From positions 24,967-88,966 of the forward strand of contig CAZCOH010000001.1 of NCBI GenBank assembly GCA_964500645.1: a stretch of 64,000 bases of DNA, read 5' to 3'. Shown here one piece after another: positions 57,432 through 64,000 of the stretch (position 1 is the first letter of the stretch; every line of letters begins with the position of its first letter). This DNA is from an uncultured Dehalococcoidia bacterium. GTDB taxonomy: Bacteria > Chloroflexota > Dehalococcoidia > Lucifugimonadales > UBA826. The notes beneath the pieces are model-generated. The model was given only the letters and a program-made list of their open reading frames with translations, had not been told where the DNA came from and did not search any database. Both the position numbers and the translations under genes were made by a program.

Positions 57432-58790
57432 TTACTGGTCATAAGTTGTGCGCCATGCCCCAATGGCGGGTCGGTCCAACCCAAGATGATGCCTCAACGT
57501 AGGCCCTGTGTAGTCTTCCCTGTAGACCCCGCGTTTTTGTAATTCAGGAACAACAAACTTCACAAAATCCTCAAACGCACCGGGCTGGTGGGTTGGGCCA
57601 ACTACAAACCCATCGCATGCCGGAGAGTGAAACCATTCTTCCATCTCATCAGCAACCTCTTTTGGCCCACCGACAAATGTGATGCTATCACTTAATAAGC
57701 CTCTTCTGGTTATACGCATAAAATCCCGCACCGTTGGATTCGTGACCCCGGTGGAAATAACCCTGTCCCTCATTGCTTGCATACCCTGAAGACCTTCAAG
57801 CTCTTCATCTGTAAATTCTTCATCCATTCCCTTTTTAGCAAAATCGAAGTTGAGAGCTTCAGATAAAAGTAACAACTGATCCATATCATTAGAGAGCAAC
57901 TCATATGCCGCTTTTTTGTCTTCTGCCTCACTTTTAGTCTCAGCCACAATTGGATACATGAGAGCAGCAATCTTCATATGGTCAGGATTACGACCAGCGT
58001 CTTCAGCGGCTAATTTTAAAGCAGAATATTCAACTTTCCCTACTTCACTATTCCTGTAACCTGCAAATATCAACTCCCCCCACCGGGCGGCAAACTCCTT
58101 GCCCCTGGAACTCGCACCGGCCTGCATCACTACTGGGTGGCCCTGCGGGCTCCGAGGTACGGTGAAAGGGCCCCGGGAACTGAGAAATTCACCTTTATAG
58201 TCGATGCGCCGAACTTTGTCCGGATGGGCGTATAAGTTGTTTACCTTATCCACGACTACAGCATCATCATCCCAAGAATCCCAATGCCTTAAAACAACCT
58301 CTACAAATTCATCCGCACGGTCGTACCTGAGGTCATGTTCCGTGTGGCTCTCCCTACCCATATTCAAAGCCTCGTTGTCGTTGACTGATGTCACCACATT
58401 CCAGGCAGCTCTTCCTTTAGTCATCAAATCTAGAGTTTGAAACAATCGAGCAACGTGAAAAGGCTCAAAATAGGTAGTGGAATAAGTAGCGCCTAACCCA
58501 AGATGCTTTGTCACGGAACCCATCGTCATCAAGCAAGTTACTGCATCCAGCTTGGTACATCGAATCCCGTTCTTTACAGTCTCGGAGTGATCACCGGCAT
58601 ACATATCAGGCATCGCAAGTCTGTCATCAAAAAATCCAACATCAAATTTTCCATGTTCTAAGACCTGAGCGATGTGCTGGTAGTATTCCGGCGAATAAGT
58701 ATCGATACGTGCCTCCGGATGCCTCCAGGAAGAAGGCAAAGTCGTGCAATTCTGAGCTTGAAGAAAAGCAACCAGTGACATTTGGCGCAT
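57432..58790 (-). CDS. LLM-class FMN-dependent monooxygenase, NtaA/SnaA/DszA subfamily
   Basis: 452 aa. ...LPSSWRHPEA..., ...FDVGFFDDRLAMPD..., length with insertion typical of NtaA/DszA. SD AGGAGAGG. Confidence 0.88.
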   Translation of the reverse strand: MRQMSLVAFLQAQNCTTLPSSWRHPEARIDTYSPEYYQHIAQVLEHGKFDVGFFDDRLAMPDMYAGDHSETVKNGIRCTKLDAVTCLMTMGSVTKHLGLGATYSTTYFEPFHVARLFQTLDLMTKGRAAWNVVTSVNDNEALNMGRESHTEHDLRYDRADEFVEVVLRHWDSWDDDAVVVDKVNNLYAHPDKVRRIDYKGEFLSSRGPFTVPRSPQGHPVVMQAGASSRGKEFAARWGELIFAGYRNSEVGKVEYSALKLAAEDAGRNPDHMKIAALMYPIVAETKSEAEDKKAAYELLSNDMDQLLLLSEALNFDFAKKGMDEEFTDEELEGLQGMQAMRDRVISTGVTNPTVRDFMRITRRGLLSDSITFVGGPKEVADEMEEWFHSPACDGFVVGPTHQPGAFEDFVKFVVPELQKRGVYREDYTGPTLRHHLGLDRPAIGAWRTTYDQ

Positions 58791-58898
58791 AGAAATCCTC
58801 TCCTGAGCTTAATTCTACTTGTATTTAACGGCTACACCTTACAGTGTAATTCCGATACAGTACACATGACGTCACAACGAGTTACTGGAGGGCTGTAT

Positions 58899-60278
58899 AT
58901 GGTCGAAATTAACGAGGGAGAAATACTCAGGCAAAAATCTCTTGATTTTCTATGGATGCAAAATAGAGACTGGGTGGAAATGGCGGAAGGTGGGGATCCT
59001 CTCATCATCGAAACTGGAACCGGCATAAGAGTAACAGACTCAAACGGAAAATCATGGATTGATGTGAACGGGGGGTATACATCCGTAAACGTCGGGTATG
59101 GCAGACAGGAAATTGTAGATGCTGCCCATGACCAGATGGAAAAATTGCCATATTTCCCACAGGGTTCAGCCACTATACCTACGATAAATCTTGCCAAAAA
59201 ATTATCTGAGATAACACCAGGTAATTTAACAAGAACATTCCCTGTAAGCGGAGGGTCAGAAGCGAACGAAACAGCATTAAAAATTGCACGAGCATTTCAC
59301 TCACGTCGTGGAGAAAACGGCCGCTACAAGGTCATAAGCAGAAAGGGGTCATATCACGGTACAACTGGTGGAGTGTTATGGACGGGAAGTAATCCAGCCA
59401 CCCCTAGAAGCGACTTTGAACCACCATATCCAGGAATGTTGTATGCGCCACAACCTAACCCTTATAGATGCGAATACGGGGGGAAGACAAGCTCTGAATG
59501 TGCAGTTCTTTGCGCGAATGCTGTTGAGACTTTAATTATAGAAAATGACCCCGATACAATCGCGGCATTTATCGCTGAGCCAATCGCTACCCCCCTTGGA
59601 TGCCCGGTACCAGGTGAAGAATATTGGCCAATGATAAGAAATATCTGCGATAAATATGGGGTTGTACTTATAGCGGACGAGGTGATTTGTGGCTTTGGAC
59701 GCACAGGAAAGATGTTCGCTAGTGAACACTGGAATCTCGAACCCGACATGATGAGTGTAGCTAAAGGAATAATTAGCAGCTATCTTCCTCTAGCTGCCAC
59801 CATAGTTTCAGAGAACATAGCAAGCCAGTTTGCTGGTGATGGTAATCAATTGAGGCACGTTTTTACCTCCAGTGGCCATCCAGTTGCAGCCGCAGCGTCC
59901 TTAAAAAACATAGAGATAATCGAGAAAGAAAACCTCGTTCATAACGCCGCAACTACTGGGGACTATTTTAAATCTAGATTGATTGAACTGAAGGATAAGC
60001 ACGAGATAATTGGTGATGTTCGTGGAATAGGACTCTTATTATCAATGGAACTTGTGAGTAACAGGGATACAAAAGAAGGGTTCGCTAAAGAACTAAAACT
60101 GGCGGATAGGTTAAACCATAAATTCAGATCTGAAGGCCTGATCTTTAGGGCCAGTGGACATATCCTTAATTTTGGCCCCCCGATATGCATAACTCCGTCA
60201 GAGGTGGATGAAATAGTAGATTCAGTAGACAGAATCATAAAAAGTCTTTCCAGAGAAATTGGTATTGGGTCCAGTTAA
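58899..60278 (+). CDS. Class-III (omega) aminotransferase, copy 1
   Basis: ...PVSGGSEANETALKIAR..., ...LIADEVICGFGRTGKMFA..., ...SVAKGIISSYLPL... (PLP Lys). The start is uncertain: ATG 58899 (GGAG 9 nt upstream) or 58866. The track start 58782 overlaps the divergent monooxygenase gene. Confidence 0.88.
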   Translation: MVEINEGEILRQKSLDFLWMQNRDWVEMAEGGDPLIIETGTGIRVTDSNGKSWIDVNGGYTSVNVGYGRQEIVDAAHDQMEKLPYFPQGSATIPTINLAKKLSEITPGNLTRTFPVSGGSEANETALKIARAFHSRRGENGRYKVISRKGSYHGTTGGVLWTGSNPATPRSDFEPPYPGMLYAPQPNPYRCEYGGKTSSECAVLCANAVETLIIENDPDTIAAFIAEPIATPLGCPVPGEEYWPMIRNICDKYGVVLIADEVICGFGRTGKMFASEHWNLEPDMMSVAKGIISSYLPLAATIVSENIASQFAGDGNQLRHVFTSSGHPVAAAASLKNIEIIEKENLVHNAATTGDYFKSRLIELKDKHEIIGDVRGIGLLLSMELVSNRDTKEGFAKELKLADRLNHKFRSEGLIFRASGHILNFGPPICITPSEVDEIVDSVDRIIKSLSREIGIGSS

Positions 60279-60317
60279 TACACTCAAACTCTGACGCAGC
60301 AAAAACAAGGAGTAGGA

Positions 60318-61700
60318 ATGGTAAATACAAACCACACTTCAGACGACATAAGCGATCTAAAGTCATCTGCTTTATCACATCTATGGATGCACAATCGCGA
60401 CTGGGTCAAAACAGGAGAGGATGGTGGTCCCGACATAATGGTGGAAGGAAGCGGAATTTATGTCACCGACATTCAAGGCAAGACCTGGATTGATGTTAAC
60501 GGAGGATATAATTCTGTAAACGCAGGGTATGGAAGGAAAAAGATCGCAGATCGATCAGCAGACCAAATGCGTCGCCTTCAATATTTCCCTCAGGGCACTA
60601 CCACAGCACCCCTAATCCAACTTTCTGAAAAGATCGCATCCATAAGCCCGGGGGATTTGCAAAGAACCTGGCCAGTAAGTGGAGGGTCGGAAGCAAATGA
60701 GACTGCAATAAAAATCGCTAGGTCCTATCACAAGCGGACAGGAGATACTGGACGATACAAAATTATAAGTAGAGTCGGGTCTTACCATGGAGCTACCGGA
60801 GGCGTGATGTGGCTTGGAGGAACAGGTGCAATCAGGTCAGATTATGAACCAGCAATATCAGGTATGGTATACGCCCCCCAACCAAACCCATACAGATGTC
60901 AATTTGGGCCCAATTCTGCAGAAGAATGTGCAATCAAATGTGCTCAGGCCATAGAAGATTTGATATTGCTTCACGGTCCAGAAACTATCGCTGCATTAAT
61001 CGCGGAACCCGTCTCAGCATCATCAATAGCGGCAGTCCCCGGTGACCCTTATTGGCCTATGATAAGAGAAATATGCGATAAATACGGTGTCCTCCTGATT
61101 GCCGACGAGGTGATAACCGGCTTCGGAAGAACAGGAAAAATGTTTGCAACCGAGCACTGGGACATAGTCCCCGATTTAATGACTGTGGCAAAAGGCATTA
61201 CCAGTAGCTACCTACCACTTGCAGCGACAGTTTGCACAACTGGAGTCTCTGAAGTATTTGCGGGGGAGCAAAATACATTTAAGCAGGCTCTCACCTTCGG
61301 CGGCCACCCAGTATGTGCAGAGGCAGCACTAGCTAACATAGAAATCATAGAGCAAGAAAAACTGGTGGAAAACTCTGCTAACGTCGGCAAATATCTTCTG
61401 AAAAAGCTTAATGGATTAAAAGAAATTCACCCTTTAATAGGTGATTGCAGAGGATTAGGCCTTCTATCAGGGGTAGAGTTAGTAAAGGATCAGAAAACAA
61501 AAGAAAGTTTTACCCCAGAATCTGGATTGGCAGACAAACTGTCTAAAGCGTTTCGCCAAAACGGTCTTATTTTATTCTCAACAGAAAAAGGATTCACTGT
61601 TGGACCACCTCTTTGCATTATTGAAAAAGAGGTAGACGAAATAGTGGCAAAGATTGATGCATCTCTTTCAGAAGTGGAAACGCAAATAAAAATCGGGTAG
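60318..61700 (+). CDS. Class-III (omega) aminotransferase, copy 2 (tandem paralog)
   Basis: 460 aa. Collinear with copy 1 with well over half of positions identical by eye (PVSGGSEANETAIKIAR; LIADEVITGFGRTGKMFA; TVAKGITSSYLPL). SD AAGGAG. Confidence 0.9.
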   Translation: MVNTNHTSDDISDLKSSALSHLWMHNRDWVKTGEDGGPDIMVEGSGIYVTDIQGKTWIDVNGGYNSVNAGYGRKKIADRSADQMRRLQYFPQGTTTAPLIQLSEKIASISPGDLQRTWPVSGGSEANETAIKIARSYHKRTGDTGRYKIISRVGSYHGATGGVMWLGGTGAIRSDYEPAISGMVYAPQPNPYRCQFGPNSAEECAIKCAQAIEDLILLHGPETIAALIAEPVSASSIAAVPGDPYWPMIREICDKYGVLLIADEVITGFGRTGKMFATEHWDIVPDLMTVAKGITSSYLPLAATVCTTGVSEVFAGEQNTFKQALTFGGHPVCAEAALANIEIIEQEKLVENSANVGKYLLKKLNGLKEIHPLIGDCRGLGLLSGVELVKDQKTKESFTPESGLADKLSKAFRQNGLILFSTEKGFTVGPPLCIIEKEVDEIVAKIDASLSEVETQIKIG

Positions 61701-62996
61701 CTAAACCCCTGGAGCAGCAGGGCGTTTTGCTGCTGCCATAAAAAAAGCACCAATCAACATAACAAAAGACGTAACAATAAATGTCATTCTGTAATCTCCC
61801 TGAATATCAGCCATATAACCAGCAAGAACGGGGGCCGCTATGGAAAATGGTATGCCAATAGACTGTAGCCATCCTCGTATTACACCTTGAGATTGTCTGC
61901 CAAAGTATTCTCCCTGTAAGGCGTTCATAACAGGCGTTCTGATACCCCATCCGATGCCATAGAAAATTGCATATGCAAAAGCAAGTGACACTCGGTCCGC
62001 AATTCCAAGTATGAAAACGGAAATTGCCATCGAAAAAGTAGCAAATCCAACAATGAAATTTTTAGGCATACGATCTCCAAGTATTCCCCCGATCAACCGG
62101 GAGGGAACATTGGAAATGCTAGCGACCATCCAAACAAAAGCCGCCGTAGTTCTTTCAAAACCTAGGCCCTGTTCCAAGTGCAAAAAAAGGTGAACCTGGG
62201 CCGTCCCCATTCCTAAGTTACCTAGAGCCGATCCCACTGCAACAAACCAAAAAGCACGAGTCATTAAAGATTGACGAAGCGTGAAGTCATAATCGACTAC
62301 TTCAGAAGACCTGCCACTACCTGAATTTTCATTCAATGGGGAGGAATCTCCATCTGGTTGTAAACCATACAATTCAGGCTTTGTCCTCAATAACATGGCA
62401 CACGGCAAACCAACTACCCATACAACCAGTCCTGAACCTATTGCAGATTCCCGCCAACCAATTGATGTCTGCAAAAATACCAGCAGCGGAACACCCACTA
62501 TCCCAGCAGCCGAAAATCCCAGCAACATGATGGAATTCGCTATTGTCCGCCTCCTTCGAAACCAATTATTTACAGTCACAGATAGAACTAGTAATCCCTG
62601 CAAACCTGTGCCTAATACGATCACCATACTTGCAAGGTAATACATCCATAGAGAATCTATAAATCCAAACAATATGAATCCCAGACCAAGTATAAACACA
62701 CCTGACATAACAACCTTACGAGGACCTAAACTATCTATTAGATATCCCTCCACAGGACCAAGTACCGCACTTTGTACTTGTGTCACTGAACGTGGTCCGG
62801 CCAATATTGCTCTATTCCATCCAAATCCGTTATGAAGAGGTCCCAGATAAGTTGTAAAACCCTGGAATGCAATTCCCTGAAGAAATTGGCCCACCATACC
62901 AACCGCCACTATTACCCATCCATAAAATATCCGCTCGCCAAGAAACGGTATTTTAGGAAGAGTTTTTGTTTTCATTTCGAGATTTTCTTCAGTCAT
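61701..62996 (-). CDS. MFS transporter
   Basis: 431 aa, 12 helices. Similar to the MFS at 5534..6877 (...YYGW/FYGW..., ...NNWF.RRR...). Confidence 0.85.
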   Translation of the reverse strand: MTEENLEMKTKTLPKIPFLGERIFYGWVIVAVGMVGQFLQGIAFQGFTTYLGPLHNGFGWNRAILAGPRSVTQVQSAVLGPVEGYLIDSLGPRKVVMSGVFILGLGFILFGFIDSLWMYYLASMVIVLGTGLQGLLVLSVTVNNWFRRRRTIANSIMLLGFSAAGIVGVPLLVFLQTSIGWRESAIGSGLVVWVVGLPCAMLLRTKPELYGLQPDGDSSPLNENSGSGRSSEVVDYDFTLRQSLMTRAFWFVAVGSALGNLGMGTAQVHLFLHLEQGLGFERTTAAFVWMVASISNVPSRLIGGILGDRMPKNFIVGFATFSMAISVFILGIADRVSLAFAYAIFYGIGWGIRTPVMNALQGEYFGRQSQGVIRGWLQSIGIPFSIAAPVLAGYMADIQGDYRMTFIVTSFVMLIGAFFMAAAKRPAAPGV

Positions 62997-63146
62997 TACA
63001 TCTTGGCTCTAAAACTATTTTTGTGAACACAGGCTATATGTACATTCTTGCACATAACCAATTTTTGCCTCGTAACGAAAAATGGAGTAACAGTGTTAAT
63101 ATCTGACCATAAACTTACCAATAAACGATATTCATGAGGAAAACAG

Positions 63147-63908
63147 ATGGCAGAGTTAAGGCAAAATAGAGCAAAAAGAAAACTTGCTAACGGAGAGACA
63201 GTTATAGCTGTTGCCTGCAGTGACACAGATACAGTAGATCTCCTCGGTGCAACTGGTGTGGTTGACGTTATATGGATAGAAATGGAACATGGAGGTTCAA
63301 CCTGGTCCGACTTAAGTGACATATCCAGAGCCTGTGACTTATGGGGAATGACGTCGTTAGTCAGGGTACACAATAACGATCCCTGGCTTGTTGGAAGAGC
63401 CCTCGATAGAGGTGTACAGGCTGTAGTGGTACCTCATGTTAATAATAAGGAAGAAGCTGAACGATTTGTGAGGGGCGGAAAATTTGCTCCTGTTGGTATG
63501 AGAGGAATGGGAGGATCCAGGCAAGGTCTGGGTGTTGATGACTACGCCAGAAAAGCAAATGACGAAATCATGTTAGTTGCTCTAATAGAGGATGTTGTTG
63601 CCATAGATGACCTAGACCGAATACTGACGGTGGATGGAATTGATTGTTTCATGGTAGTTCCTGGAGATTTATCGCAAAGTATGGGCCCAGATTATTTAGG
63701 AAGGCCTGATCACCCCGATGTCCAAAAAATCATCGCGGATACCATGGAGGTGATTGTGGCAGCAGGATACTCCACAGGATCTACCGCAAACGACAATAAC
63801 ATAGCGAAATGGACGAATGCTGGGGGTCGATTTTTCCTTTGTAACTACATGGGATATGTCCAGAACGGACTCAAGGAACTAAAGGCAAAGTCAACATCAA
63901 CAAATTGA
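63147..63908 (+). CDS. HpcH/HpaI family aldolase, paralog 3
   Basis: 253 aa. ...FAPVGMRG..., ...VPGDLSQSMG... Collinear with 24914..25672. Confidence 0.88.
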   Translation: MAELRQNRAKRKLANGETVIAVACSDTDTVDLLGATGVVDVIWIEMEHGGSTWSDLSDISRACDLWGMTSLVRVHNNDPWLVGRALDRGVQAVVVPHVNNKEEAERFVRGGKFAPVGMRGMGGSRQGLGVDDYARKANDEIMLVALIEDVVAIDDLDRILTVDGIDCFMVVPGDLSQSMGPDYLGRPDHPDVQKIIADTMEVIVAAGYSTGSTANDNNIAKWTNAGGRFFLCNYMGYVQNGLKELKAKSTSTN

Positions 63909-64000
63909 TATAGATATCCAGGGAGTGACGACTATAGCTGAGGAACGACTTGATCTGCAAAATGCTCCATGACTTTAATACAATCGTTTACATTGGTTGC

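Noticed and set aside
58782-58898. N-terminal extension of aminotransferase copy 1 as called in the track (start 58782).
   Set aside because: It overlaps the start and SD of the divergent NtaA-like monooxygenase gene (ATG 58790). The extension has no counterpart in the tandem paralog. An internal ATG at 58899 with an upstream GGAG gives an N-terminus collinear with copy 2.
63950-64000. Possible 5' end of another plus-strand CDS (TTG 63950 or ATG 63962, ...MLHDFNTIVYIGC).
   Set aside because: Only 13 to 17 codons lie inside the window, which is too short to support a call.
1-64000. CRISPR arrays, defence islands, toxin-antitoxin pairs, rRNA genes and transposases.
   Set aside because: I saw no spaced direct-repeat arrays and no cas, restriction, Abi or transposase-like translations. 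No rRNA-like segments were seen on reading either strand.

Overview
AT-rich bacterial chromosomal segment, almost entirely coding: about 60 CDS and one tRNA-Leu(CAA). There is no rRNA, no CRISPR array and no intact mobile element.

Most genes are paralogous catabolic enzymes and transporters:
- 3 enolase-superfamily (mandelate racemase-like) enzymes
- 3 HpcH/HpaI aldolases
- 6 MFS permeases and 1 EamA permease
- 2 Cys-type sulfatases
- 2 luciferase-like flavin monooxygenases
- 2 SDRs and 2 D-2-hydroxyacid dehydrogenases
- amidohydrolases, an amidase, an SMP-30 lactonase and a GMC oxidoreductase
- a tandem-fused family III CoA-transferase with a crotonase
- 2 tandem class-III aminotransferases

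This profile resembles what has been described for marine SAR202-type Chloroflexota. That is an inference, not verified.

Housekeeping and stress genes are dnaN, lexA, rnd, copA plus a YHS protein, a cupredoxin lipoprotein, a YceI-like lipoprotein, and an ImuB-like Y-family polymerase. The polymerase gene runs off the left edge and sits behind a perfect GAAC-N4-GTTC SOS box.

The most interesting signals are two minus-strand loci. In each, two ORFs in the same frame are separated by a single TGA that falls on the first position of a U-x-x-C redox motif and is followed by a hairpin.
- 31310..31801: a membrane-anchored thioredoxin-fold protein (U-I-G-C).
- 48301..49986: a UGSC-like module (U-G-Q-C) fused to a large uncharacterised domain.

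Both are candidate selenoproteins that stop-to-stop ORF calling splits. A short integrase N-terminal relic is also present.
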